Source of the DNA: Octopus vulgaris
Taxonomy: Eukaryota
Direction: 5' to 3'
NCBI GenBank assembly: GCA_951406725.2
Contig: OX597826.1
Coordinates: forward strand, 68,014,001-68,078,000
DNA: 64,000 nt
Shown piece after piece: positions 41,229 through 54,660 of this stretch (position 1 is the stretch's first letter; every line of letters starts with the position of its first letter). The notes below the pieces were generated by a model. The model worked only from the letters and a program-made list of their open reading frames with translations, had not been told where the DNA came from and made no database searches. The translations under genes and the position numbers were made by a program.

Positions 41229-41540
41229 GAGGCGCAATGGCTCAGTGGTTAGGGCAGCGGACTCGCGGTCGGATGATCGCGGTTTCGATTCCCAAACCGG
41301 GCATTGTGTGTGTTTATTGAGCGAAAACACCTAAAGCTCCACGAGACTCCGGCAGGGGTGGTGGCGATCCCTGTTGTACTCTTTCGCCCGAACTTTCTCT
41401 TACTCTCTCTTCCTGTTTCTTGAGTAACGCTGCGATGGACTGGCGTCACGTCCAGCTTGACCGAACACATACGCCACAGAAACAGGGAACCGTGCCCATG
41501 AGCCTGGCTAATCTTGAAAACAGCGCATAAATAAATAAAT
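41229..41540 (+). mobile_element. SINE family B, tail type C
   Basis: Family B head plus tail tgagtaacgctgcgatggactggcgtcacgtccagc...ccacagaaacagggaaccgtgcccatgagcctggcta; (AAAT)n end. Confidence 0.9.
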
Positions 41541-42095
41541 ATATATATATATAATGTGGGTGTCTGTGGGCGCGCGTGTGTGTATGTGTGTGTACCTCAT
41601 ACATGTATGTGCATGTGTGAGTCTGTATGTGTGAGTGAGTGTGTGTGTGTGTACGTATTTGTGATGAAAGCCCTTTCACTCAGAGTTGATATTGTCTCTA
41701 TAATGGGCACTATTTATCGCATGTATCCTGCATTTGAGACATTTGATAAAGGCTATAGCAATTCGAACAGACTTGACAGCTATTTCCAGCACGACCAATA
41801 GCCATGTAGAAACTCTCTTGCTGAAACAGCGAGAGCTCTTCACATACATTGAACATGTCCTGTATGGGGAAAATAATATCATAGAAATATCTATTCCTCA
41901 CCTTCTTTACCTCCCCCTCTCTCATTCTCCTCCAGCTCCCCCTCTCTTTCTCTGTTTCTATACTGGTGATGGAAGAGCGTGCATATATATGGATATACTT
42001 ACGCAATCTCAATTATAATAAATATATTTACGTAATTCGAACTGCATCGCTTCATACCAGCTCTTATGTAAGAATGCATGCAGGTATGTATATAA

Positions 42096-42159
<64 letters not shown>

Positions 42160-42344
42160 TTGTGTGTGTGTCTACATGTATGCATATATATATGCATACA
42201 CATATATATATACATACACACACACACAAATATATATATACATACACACACAAATATATATATATATATATACATGCACACACAACTCACACACACAGAA
42301 CACACACAGATATATGTAAAAGTATATATGCACAAATAGGCATG

Positions 42345-42405
<61 letters not shown>

Positions 42406-42553
42406 GTATATATATGTATGTATGTATATATATATATATGTATATATATATTATATAAATATATGTATATATGTATACATATGTATATATTATATATACA
42501 TACTTATTTGTACGTATTCATATTAACGTGTACACACAAACATACATACACAT

Positions 42554-42595
<42 letters not shown>

Positions 42596-42992
42596 CTTGT
42601 CCCTGAACTGATGCGTGCTTCCAGCGAGGTGACTGTTAATATAATTTACGTTGAATACTCTTTCCAGCATTAATGGCACAACTATCAGCCGTGCTAAATA
42701 ACAGGTTATTCTTCTGATAGCATTCGACGAAGAAACCTTTTTATTCCCGAACCTTGTGATATTCGTCTCAGAATTGAATTTTCCATGCACCGATTCGTTG
42801 CAAAACAACATGGCTAGATACGAAAGAAGAATCGAAGAAAAACAGTATCGGACATATAAACCGAATCTTATTTAGTCGTAGATTCTCGAAGAATCGACTC
42901 TGTAATGTATCTCTTTCTTGGTGTCATGAACTCAATAATGACTTACGTAATTGCTAGAAAATAGTGAAAAAATAGAGATAGAAAATAATAGC

Positions 42993-43205
<213 letters not shown>

Positions 43206-43663
43206 AGTAATGACATTCCTCTGTTGGCTATCTGAACAAATCGAAAATACGCTGCGATGTACATCACCCAGAACTAAATTATTTTTCGACAAAGTAAATA
43301 CGCCAAAAGCTATATTTTTGGGAAAGGTGGAACAGTGATCATTGTAATTTTATTCTCAAAAGTTTGAACGATACACAAGTAATACTGAACTAAACATATT
43401 CCTACAAAAAAAAACCCCAAAAAACCCCATAAAAACAGACATACGCATCTGCGTGTGCTGAAGAATCTCGTTTGGCAGCCAAGTTTTGCAACACTGTATG
43501 TTCGAGAGCTTTTCTACAACACTACAACTTGGGAAAGTGTCTCCTACAATAACCCAGACCATCCAATATTTTGGTAGTAATCTAGGCAGATGGACACTGT
43601 ATGTATGTATGTATGTATGTATGTATGTATGTATGTATGTATGTATGTATGTATGTATGTATG

Positions 43664-43727
<64 letters not shown>

Positions 43728-43730
<3 letters not shown>

Positions 43731-43882
43731 AGGCACGTGGCTTAGTGGTTAGGATGTTGAAATCATGATCGTAAGGTTGTGGTTTCGATTCCTGATCTGG
43801 GCGATGTGTGTGTTTATGAGCGAAACACCTAAGCACCACGTAGCTCCGGCAGAATGATGTACTTCTGCTCACTCTTTCGCCA
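43728..43882 (+). mobile_element. SINE family B 5' half, diverged
   Basis: tggaggcacgtggcttagtggttagg...ggtttcgattcct...gagcgaaacacctaagcaccacgtagctccggcag. Confidence 0.82.
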
Positions 43883-43905
43883 TATGTACATATATATGCA
43901 TATAT

Positions 43906-44071
<166 letters not shown>

Positions 44072-44083
44072 GATAGATAGCTG

Positions 44084-44158
<75 letters not shown>

Positions 44159-44177
44159 GGATAGATAGATAGATATA

Positions 44178-44390
44178 TACGTGGAGGCACTGAAAAGTTT
44201 CTGGCTTTATGGGTATCACAAAAAAACTGGTTCACGACCAGTGTTCTATTACAGGGCTTAGAAAAATTGAAGGGCCGCTGCAAACGTGTGTGATATCTGA
44301 GTGGGAAATATTTTGAATGAAATCGTAATTAGCTGATCCGCCTGTATTTTTTTTACCCTAAGCCAGGAATTTTCAACACGATCTCCCATA
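44178..44390 (+). mobile_element. Mariner-derived MITE retaining the transposase C-terminus
   Basis: Decayed TIRs (tacgtggaggcactgaaaagtttctggctt and aagccaggaattttcaacacg). Internal [20 protein letters not shown] matches the mariner GI.KL..RW.KC...G.YFE end motif. Confidence 0.8.
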
Positions 44391-44447
44391 TGCATGTGTG
44401 TGTGTGCGCGCGTGTGTGGGTTTGTGCGCGCGTGCCCGTATGTATTG

Positions 44448-44612
44448 AGGCTACCATTGTTTTTATGTCAAGAAAAATATCTTAATATTTTAATAATTTT
44501 TCAAGCCGGTCACATGGAGAAATGGAGACTCTCACCATTCCTCCAAGTGATCGGCTTGAAAAATTGGTAAGATATTGAGATATTTTTCTTGACATAAATA
44601 CAATGGTAGCCT
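44448..44612. repeat. Long foldback, 78-bp arms, 9-nt loop
   Basis: Arms 44448-44525 and 44535-44612 are reverse complements with 8 mismatches. Confidence 0.95.
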
Positions 44613-44617
44613 TATTG

Positions 44618-44690
<73 letters not shown>

Positions 44691-44865
44691 CGTTTAAATA
44701 TTTGTTGTGCAAGATTTTTTATGTGAAGTCGTGTGTTGAAACAGATATTGTTATATTTCGAATGGTCATTTTGCCAGTTTAGCCAATAAAAGCACACGCA
44801 CTATATATTTGGTGATATTTTGCTTCAGTGTTATTTATTTTTTACATTAATCTTAATCTTATTTC

Positions 44866-44909
44866 GACCAGAGTTCTTTCGTCTCACTCCTGTGACCGCA
44901 TCAGTGGTC
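44866..44909 (-). ncRNA. Minimal type I hammerhead-ribozyme-like motif (within the 44691-44962 element in (TA)n)
   Basis: gacca-CTGATGC-ggtcac-agga-gtgagac-GAAA-gaa-CTC-tggtc: 5-bp stem I, stem II, minimal stem III, CUC triplet. Core position A9 is C. Confidence 0.6.
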
Positions 44910-44960
44910 CTTTGTTGTCTTCTTTCTTATTTGTGTCTCTCCTTACTAACGGTAGCAATA

Positions 44961-45024
<64 letters not shown>

Positions 45025-45089
45025 GGTCCCGGGTTGATTCGGGGTTAACCACAGTAAATAAGGTACTCAATACATAGCAGAGTAAATTC

Positions 45090-45221
45090 ATTTATTTTAT
45101 AGAAGGAGCTTCTACAGGACTAGAACTGTTTCATTCAAAATAAATCATCACCTAGCTTCCTGATGATTTCTTTTGAATGAAACAGTTCTAGTCCTGTAGA
45201 AGCTCCTTCTATAAAATAAAT
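45090..45221. repeat. Inverted repeat, 61-bp arms, 10-bp spacer (Penelope pLTR-like)
   Basis: 45090-45150 versus 45161-45221, one mismatch. Confidence 0.95.
45154..45204 (+). ncRNA. Type I hammerhead ribozyme motif with canonical core
   Basis: agcttc-CTGATGA-t-ttc-tttt-gaa-t-GAAA-cag-ttctagtc-ct-GTA-gaagct: stem I agcttc/gaagct, stem III acag/ctgt, GUA cleavage triplet (cut after 45198). AATAAA follows at 45215. Confidence 0.75.
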
Positions 45222-45304
45222 AAATATATATATATATAAATAGACAAGAAAGAGAGAGAGAGAGAACTGTCAGAGAGATTGGTAAATAGATAGATAGATT
45301 TTTG

Positions 45305-45538
45305 TATGAGTGTGTCTGTGTTTGTATTCCCGCCACCAGTGAACAACAGGCATTAAATAGTTTATTGTATATATCCCCTGTCACATAACGGTCCGGCAAA
45401 TGATTCCAATAAAAATAAGGACTAGGTTTAAAAAGAAAATACTATTATTGGAGTCGATCTGTTAAAACAAAAGCTCGTCGAGCCAGTGCACCAGCATGGC
45501 CGAATCCACATCACTATTGCAAGGAACAGATAAAATAT
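45305..45538 (+). mobile_element. Decayed 3' half of SINE family D
   Basis: tcccctgtcacataacggtccggcaaa...ggagtcgatctgtt...gtgcaccagcatggccg. Confidence 0.7.
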
Positions 45539-45555
45539 GAAACTACCATCATCAT

Positions 45556-45904
45556 GGGGGGGAAGCACTCCGTCGGTTACGACGACGAGGGTTCCGATCA
45601 ACGGAACAGCCTGCTCGTGAAATTAACGTGTAACCTTAACGTAGTTCTCGGGGATATTCAGCGTGACACAGAGAGTGACAAGGCCGGCCCTTTGAAATAC
45701 AGGTACAACAGAAACAGGAAGTAAGAGTGAGAGAAAGTTGTGGTGAAAGAGTACAGCAGGGATCACCACCATCCCCTGCCGGAGCCTCGTGAAGCTTTAG
45801 GTGTTTTCGCTCAATAAACACTCACAACGCCCGGTCTGGGAATCGAAACCGCGATCCTACGACCGCGAGTCCGCTGCCCTAACCACTGGGCCATTGCGCC
45901 TCCA
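45556..45904 (-). mobile_element. SINE family B, tail type A (small deletions)
   Basis: Near-identical to 28130-28507; flanked by imperfect direct repeat actaccatcat / actatcatcat. Confidence 0.92.
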
Positions 45905-47054
45905 CACTATCATCATATGCAACACATGATTGTAATCCTAACAGCTGCTATGGTTACGCGAACGGAGTCGGACCGTCTTAATTCACCAGAGTGTTATAAC
46001 AGCAAATACAATACTAAGCGTATTACTATAAGGTGTAAGTGTGAAGAATACTAAGACAATTGAAATGTATTCTTAATGAAACCTTGTAATAAAAGACGTT
46101 TTATTTGTATCACTGTCATTACACCGTGAATTATATTCGACTAGTATTGCTAAGAGACACACGGAGTTTGTGCTGACAGTGATTAACGATACAAACGGAA
46201 TATTAACAACGGAATAACATTCGTTCAGTTCGGCTGGTAAATAAATGCCTAATTAATAATTTCACTTCATCCGCATTGCTAAGCGTTGTATTGAATATTT
46301 TGAAGATGCTAAAGAAGTGACCAGACACCAAATAATAACGAGGTGCTATCAGGAATTTCAAAAACTGTAACAAAACAAAATAATAAATAAAAACAAAAAA
46401 TAAATAGATTAATAAAGAAAAATATATAATTAATGATCGGCGCGGCTGTGTGGTCAAGAATTTTTGACTCCTAGTCTTGTGATTTGGGGTTCAGTTCGAC
46501 TGGATAGCACCTGGAGCAAATGTCTTCCACAACATCCCCCGGCTGATTAGCATCTTTCGCGTTTGATAGGTTAGAGGCGAGGCACAAAGAAGATAGCTCC
46601 ATTTAGAAACAGCAAGATCTCGCCTGCAAGCATTGCCATACGTGAGACAAAAACGAGATCTCGCCCACAACCATTATTTGAGGAGAAGACAACAGCATTT
46701 CTCCTCTCATTCTTCTCACGCTGACCCCGAGTAAAACTTCGAAGCCAGGAGCTCACAGCGGACATTTGCCCCGCTGTGATACCATATGCATTGCCTCCAG
46801 AGGTTATTGAACCTCACGTGTATGGGAGAGAAGGCTAGCTACGCACTGCTGTGAAGATGGTTACTGAAAGCAAACCCCTTATACGAAGCACCTGTGGATA
46901 AACAGTTATTGAATTTACTCCGCCTGTGAACTTCCAGCTCCTTGAATCAACAGAATATTTATAATGGAAGATACCCGAAAAGTATCATAAAACATTCCTT
47001 CCGTTATAGGTTGGAACTGAAAGAAATCTGTCGCTTATATGTATATCGTATGCC

Positions 47055-47350
47055 TTTGACGTGTTTCATTAATTAAACTGCGGCCATTCTGGGGCACCGC
47101 CTAGAACAATTTTGAGTCGAATCAATTGATCCAGTTCATAATAATTTGTTTTGGTAAGCCTGGTACTTATTCTATCGGTCTTTTTGCCGAACTATTAATT
47201 TACGGGGACATAAACACACTAATAGCGGTCGGCAAGCTGTAGTGGGAGACAAACATAGACCGAAAGATACACAGACATGTACACACGCGCGCGACACACA
47301 CATGACAGGTTTTTTTCAGTTTCCATCTACAAAATCCACTCACAAGGCTT
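47055..47350 (-). mobile_element. SINE family D, 5'-truncated and diverged
   Basis: gcggccattctggggcaccgcc...tggtacttattctatcggtc...ttccatctacaaaatccactcacaaggctt. Confidence 0.82.
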
Positions 47351-48079
47351 TATACATCTTTAAACAGCATTATTCACCATCACGCAACATTTTCGTAGCA
47401 ATATACAGCAGTACTTGACAATACACAACACCATCTTCTATATACGCTACACTAAAATAAGTCAGACTATATTACGTTACCTTCAGATCAAGGTAAAGGG
47501 CTATACAGCAGTAATCACCCCTGTACATCTAGACATAACTCTACACTGTGTGATCTAAATGCAGTCACACATCACTGTATAACAAAGACTACGATATGAC
47601 AAAGCAACAGTACATTACGCAGATTTAGATAACACTATACACCACAATATGAACAAACGTGCTTTCAATGTCTCGACTTATTAACAATCACAGGGAAATT
47701 TCACTCAAATCACAGGTAACGTCTTAGGAAAGACACAATGAATAATTCGGTCCAACGTTTTCTGCACAAGAAAATGTTAGCATAAAATAAAGTAGTATGA
47801 AATCAAATACAAATGGCTGCGGTGGTAGCAATACCTTCCATTATGTATTTTGTTTTATTCGATCCCGTTTGTATTGTAACTAAACAACAACAGCAACGTA
47901 TACCTCTCAATTCGCTGGAAATAGCAGCCAAATTTCTCGTAAACATTGCACAGTCATCTCAAAGAGGTGTTAAATAATAATGATAATCATAATGTTGTTC
48001 GCGGCTTAAATGTCTTCGTACATAGATCTTGTCGCTAGGACTAATCTAAGACTTAACAACAAGGGAACATCTCACCATT

Positions 48080-48145
<66 letters not shown>
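48080..48145. repeat. (TAC)n microsatellite
   Basis: Directly visible. Confidence 0.95.
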
Positions 48146-48451
48146 TAGATGCAGTTGCTGCTACAGTTATTGCAGCTTGTATGAATGCTACGTGTAATTC
48201 TCTTATCAATATTCATATCAGCATTACCACCACCACTACTACTGCCGCCACCGCTCCAGTGCTGCCGCAACCGTCGCCGCTGCTACCGCCACCGCCATCA
48301 ATAACAACAAAAACAACAATAGCAAGAAGAAGAAGAAGACTAACAACAACAACAATAACAACAATAGTAAAACCAACAAAAGCAATAAGCGGTGACAACT
48401 ATCTCTCGATCTCGCAAGCTCCCTTTCTCTCTCCCACTCTTCCATTCTCTC

Positions 48452-48498
<47 letters not shown>

Positions 48499-48874
48499 TT
48501 CTCTATATATATATATATATATATAAAACAGTAGCAATTACTGAAACACTAGCCTGGAGGTGCGAAGATGTGCATCTGTTAGTTTATAAGTGCATTTGCC
48601 AACACATTCATTCAGTTGGTTAGAGAGAAAAAAAGTTCTACCGGCATGTTACCGGCACAGTGATGAGAAAAATAGGTAAAGGGAATTTCGAACCATGCTC
48701 AGGTGCGAAATTCTATTAAGACACGCAAAGAAATAACATTCAACAGTCACACGCACAGGTAATTTATTCAACGCGCATGTTTACTGTGTGGTATGGCTAT
48801 GAAAACATGTACAACCACACCAAGAAGGCAATGCACGTATAGATAAACGAAACATATACACGCATAAACACGTC

Positions 48875-49233
<359 letters not shown>

Positions 49234-49967
49234 CGAAGTGTGTACAACACAAGAACATGTAGAAACACATTAATGCCACATTTCAGAGGAAATGCTTGTT
49301 TGCAACAAAACACTTAACACGTAGTAAAATGTATATAAACACACACAAACATGCACACAAGTCTGCAAGCACCTACACGATCGTGTAAACACGTGCAGCT
49401 AAGCAAAATGCATACGCGAATGCAGTTTCGCCAAAAAAAAAAAATAAATATATAGATATATTTTAACGCATAAACGAAATACAAATAGCTACATCTATAA
49501 AAGCAAAAATATAGCAGTAACCGTATTAAAATATACATTTACGAGCAAAATACGACGAATAATATATGTCTAACACACACACACACAAACACACAAACAC
49601 ACATATATATATAATTGCATCTTTATATATGAGGATGACGTGTCTGACTTAATGAGCTATCTTAGCAAAATATATGCACTCACCAATGGAAATTCTTGTT
49701 TACGTTGCACCCATTCACCCAAACATATCGCTTAGTCATTAATTCATACACCTTTCTATCTCTCGGTTAGTGTTGCTGTTTTCAACATATCTGCGTACGT
49801 GTGCAAACAGAGAAATGTATGTACGGATGCATATGATATGATATATATATATATATATATATGATTAAATAAGGGTAGAAATTTATATTGATCAATTAAA
49901 ACCAGTGGCTTAGCATTTTAAAAAAAATCCGAAGATTAAAATACAAAATTTGGAGTCCTCTAAATTT

Positions 49968-50064
<97 letters not shown>

Positions 50065-50549
50065 ATGTATGTATGTATGTATGTATGTATGTATGTATGA
50101 ATGTATGTATGTATATATATATATATATATATCTGTGGATGTGTGTACAAATAATTATATATACATATATATACAGACGCACACACACACACATATATAT
50201 ATATATTTGTATATGTGTGTGTGAGAGTATGTGTGTGTCTGTGTGTTTTTGTCTGTGTATGTATATGTAAATATATTGATCCTCCATATTTCGAGGATGG
50301 GGTGTGGGGTCAGATTTTACTGAAGTACAAAATTTAAGTCTCAATCACTTAGTTTCCTGTGTATGACTCACTCTGTCGCGTATTTTATTCGTCTCTTAAA
50401 ACCTAGAGTACAGGTGAACTATAATTCTCTGTAAATTTATGCACCTGATCTCTTTGTGTAGTCTTCCTTCCGTCTGTTCATATAAACTTAACAAACACTA
50501 ATATACATGTGTGTGTGTTTGTGTGAATATATATATATATATATATATA

Positions 50550-50775
50550 CAGTTGCGGCCAAAATGTTAAGAACGGCATTGTTTTCGTGTCAGAAAAATA
50601 GATATAATTTTTTATCAAAGTTGTTTTTTATTCTATAATTTTCACAGATAATAGATACAATATTAACTGTTATTGTCTGAGATTTTGGTGTACTTTAAGA
50701 GGATAATACAAAAGTTATAGATGATTTAGTGATTTACTGCAAAACCCATGGCGGCCAAAATGACAAGTGCCGGTT
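50550..50775. mobile_element. Tc1-like terminal fragment
   Basis: Begins after TA with cagttgcggccaaaat (Tc1-type CAGT..GGCCAAAA TIR start); gcggccaaaatg recurs at about 50752. No second TIR seen. Confidence 0.55.
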
Positions 50776-50785
50776 TCTCGGTTTC

Positions 50786-50898
50786 AGTGAAATTAAGTGT
50801 TTTGCTCAAGAACACAACGCATCGCCCGGTCCAGGAATCGAAACCACAATCTTACGATCATGAATGCAACACCCTAACCACTAAGGCACGTGCCTCCA
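50786..50898 (-). mobile_element. tRNA/CORE SINE head fragment
   Basis: tggaggcacgtgccttagtggttaggg...ggtttcgattcctggaccgggcgatgcgttgtgttcttgagcaaaacactt. Confidence 0.8.
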
Positions 50899-50989
50899 CA
50901 TACACACACACATACATATATGTATATATATGTATATATATAAACATAGTGTTTAGCTCTAAATTTCGGAACCGAAATCTTCAATAATC

Positions 50990-51245
50990 CCCTGACTGGA
51001 CGGCTCTGCAAATTACCAGGTGTCCCATCTTCTCCATCGAGCATACAAAGCCAATATTGTAATGCCTTGGTACTCAAGAGACCGCAACTTTTTAATGCCC
51101 TACCAGAACATCAGGAATCTGCAAGGCGTAGACATGGAAGACAAAAAACGTCTAGACTTTTTTCTTTATCTGCAATACCGGATAAACTCACATCGCGACA
51201 GAAGGCTAAAAGAAGAGCGACAACTCGCTACTTCACCAGAAGCAA
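50990..51245 (+). mobile_element. Decayed CR1/L2-group LINE 3' end
   Basis: GRLCKLPGVPSSPSSIQSQYCNALVLKRPQLFNALP / IRNLQGVDME..KRLDFF / SAIPDKL matches the P.LFN.LP..IRN...FK..LD.FL..PD C-terminal motif. Confidence 0.75.
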
Positions 51246-51322
51246 TCCTGGGCATGATTCCAGGATGCAGTAAAGGCGGTGCACCAGCTTGGCCTCACCC
51301 TTTCACTAAAACACATACAAGA

Positions 51323-51526
51323 TGTTGATTCGTTAGCTCCTGCACGCATTTTTTCTCTCTCCTTGTTTCTCTCCGTGTTTCTTTTCTGAGTATCTTTCTG
51401 TTGAAGAGCGTAGGCTCGAAACGTAAAAGACATTTTTTATTTCTGTTCCTGAGCGCCATACTAATACAATTGTTTGTTTGTACTCCACCTGCCTTCGTCT
51501 TTTTTTTATTTTCGTAAGGCTTCCTG

Positions 51527-51528
<2 letters not shown>
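51323..51528 (+). mobile_element. HHR-like short element family E, copy 3
   Basis: 51393-51430: tcttt-ctgttga-a-gagc-gtag-gctc-gaaa-cgta-aaaga; ends in (TA)n. Confidence 0.85.
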
Positions 51529-51565
<37 letters not shown>

Positions 51566-53187
51566 GGGTTTCTCTCACTCAAGGGTTGTTATAACGGACG
51601 GTATTAATGCTTTAGATTAAACAATCAAGTGAATCAGAGTGTAACATGAATTAATGAATGACAGAAGAAAACAAATTCCTTAAGAACGTTCATTATCTTA
51701 GAGGTTTTACTTCAACAAGAACCTTGCATTGTGGCAGAGAATATATAACATACATGTTAGTGGTACGTGTATTCACAATGTCAGGAATCAACGACAAGAA
51801 TAGTAAAAGTAAGTTTAAGTAGGGTGTCACATTAAACGATGCACCATAGAATTTCAAACAATAGAAACTGTTGAAGTTATATGCATAAATCGCAAAGGGA
51901 GAATTAGGATAAGGAAGTGGAGTCTCATAACATAATCATTAAATCTACTCATGTGTATGACAAAAAACAAAACAAACTTTCCACTTAACAGTAATCGCTC
52001 GCCTTACTATATGAATAAGTATACCGTTAAGTATATGTAATATACTTAGAATATGTAATAAGTATACCGTTAAGCTCCCCAACACCACAACCACTACTCC
52101 AAGCAATGCCGACAACATTCCGGGCAATAACAAATTTTAAACTCCATAAAACTTAGCTGTCTGATGACCTAGGCCTTAATCTAACTCTCCCACTCGCTCT
52201 ACACACACATTTGTATGTATGTCTATATATAATTACGAAATATCCCGGGTCTTACTCCCAGTATGATAATCCTCTATTCGACTCGTATCCGTATATCATA
52301 AGCAGCAACAAGGTCTAAATAACGTTAGCCTATCATGTGGACACTCTCACAAAATCCAAACATTGGTTCCTTGCACAAATACATCCATCACCGACGTCCA
52401 TCCAAAAACCATTTACGACTACACTTTAGTAACAATCTGTTTAATATAAAACTTACTAGAGTTCCGAACAATATCGATAAGCTCCTATAATTATTAAAAT
52501 ATTTATTCTGGAATAACACATCTTTGTTAAATATATTATAAGGCCGTATTCCTAACAGTGACAGATATATTCAGATATTCCTGCAGCCTCCTAACTATTA
52601 ACGGCCTATAAGTCCACTGTGAGATCTTTGATTTTAGCACATTTTGGCTATCTTTTACCTGTGTCTATTGCAAGTATATATATTAAATTTATTCATATTC
52701 ATTTATCCAAAATTTGTCGCGCTCAGTTAACGGTTTAATAATAAAATACTATTTTCTTCATATGACAAAAAGATATTTACTACTTAAAAGCCTTTAAAAC
52801 GAGAACAGTGTTTTGAGGTTAATGGCCGGTTGTAGAAATTATGGGTCGATGTCTCATGGAAATAAATATAATACAAAGGTGCGAAGAGAAAAAAGTGAAG
52901 GTGTTTAGAGTTATTACATTGTATATTATTGCATATTATTGTTGCATATTGTTGTGCAGCATTTTATTGAGTTTCGTGTCGTTATATAGCTGAAGATGGT
53001 ATTCTGTACGACAAGGGTATTGTCGCATATCAATTAAAGAAGTCGTAGAAAGGCGTTTTATGGCAATAAAAAACGTTGAGGAACAATTTAATGTATATGA
53101 TGCCGACAGTTATAAGAAGGATTAGTTAAGCGCACATATTCACTACGGTATACACTCACACATACAATCAGATATACGTATTCATGT

Positions 53188-53260
53188 GTATGTGTGTATG
53201 TATGTATGTATGTATTGTGTGAAGCTTGTATGTACATACGCCCACTTACACATATATATG

Positions 53261-53309
<49 letters not shown>

Positions 53310-53449
53310 TTACACATGTATTATCTATCTAACTACCTATACATCTATCTACCTACACACACATACACACATGCGCATATATATATAAATATATATGTAC
53401 ATATATGTTTGTATATATACGCACACACACATATATATATAATATGTAT

Positions 53450-53485
<36 letters not shown>

Positions 53486-53543
53486 AAACATATATATGTG
53501 TGTATATATACACATATATATATATATATGTATGTATAGGTAT

Positions 53544-53588
<45 letters not shown>

Positions 53589-53720
53589 TATATAAATATA
53601 TATATATGTATATATGTATGTATGTATGTATGTATGCATGTATGTATGTATGTATGTATGTATGTATGCATGTATGTATGTATAAATCTATATCTATAGC
53701 TATATATATATATATATATG
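53188..53720. repeat. Compound (TA)n/(TATG)n microsatellite block
   Basis: Directly visible. Confidence 0.95.
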
Positions 53721-54590
53721 CAGTTGTGGGCATAGCTAACCAAAAAGTTACCATTGCCTAATCGCTAATCCGCTAAGTTAAAAAGAGTTAGCTTCGCAAA
53801 TGCTAAACCGCTAAACAGGTAATAAAAGAAATTTAGCGGAAGCTAACGCTAAATGTTAACCGCTAATTTTTATCATATGAATTCAGCTTCTATTTGGTTT
53901 TGGGACTCTGAAGCCCGTAATAACAGACCTTGAGAGCTGAAATCTTCATGCTGTGTCTTAGATATAGATCTTTCCATAAATGTATAGCATGACAAGATCA
54001 GAAAATGATTAATGTGTACGTAAGTAATAAAATGAACGAATCAAATTAAACATTAGTTTTTTAGTCAATATACAATTTATATACTATACAAAAAGTATTC
54101 AAGGTATCAAAATGGAATAGGTATCATGCCAAGATCAGAAGATGATCGAGCTGTGCTACTCTGGATGGGCGTTCTCTGTCGCCTCGACGTGATGCTGGTT
54201 GCCTTTCTTAAACACCAGCCTCTCAAAGTTACAATCAAGCAGGGAGGCTCTCTTGTCCATCAAAATATATTTGCCAATACAGAATAGGCGCTCAGCTGCA
54301 GTACTGGATGGAATGGCGGTGTTATACTTGGTGAATTGGCTGATCAACGCCTGCTCAACCAGAAACGCGACTTAAGTCAGGACCTTCTTCCAGACGGTTT
54401 CTTTTTCTTGCAGATGGAACTTGTAATGGATGTCTACCATGGCATGGACGAGGATATCAAATGAGCCGAGAGCAGGTCAAAACGGCGCGTCTTGGGATCC
54501 AGTGAGTGCGCTGTCATTTGCAGGTAGGATCTTTTGTGGGCCGACCAACAGTCTGAGTTAGTCGCCACCCAGGGGACATGCTTGAAAAAT
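53721..54590 (-). mobile_element. Decayed hAT DNA transposon (terminus plus transposase dimerisation domain)
   Basis: ORF 54156-54347 FTKYNTAIPSSTAAERLFCIGKYILMDKRASLLDCNFERLVFKKGN is the hAT C-terminal dimerisation motif. The terminus cagttgtgggca is followed by many gctaa/ttagc subterminal repeats (53735-53866). Confidence 0.85.
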
Positions 54591-54660
54591 CTGTAATTTA
54601 AAAATGTTAAATTGTAAAGAGCATATGCTGTAAAGATAAAAACTTAAATTTATATATATA

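Noticed and set aside
52161-52240. ctgatga...cgaaa as a hammerhead
   Set aside because: No stem II or stem I pairing could be drawn.
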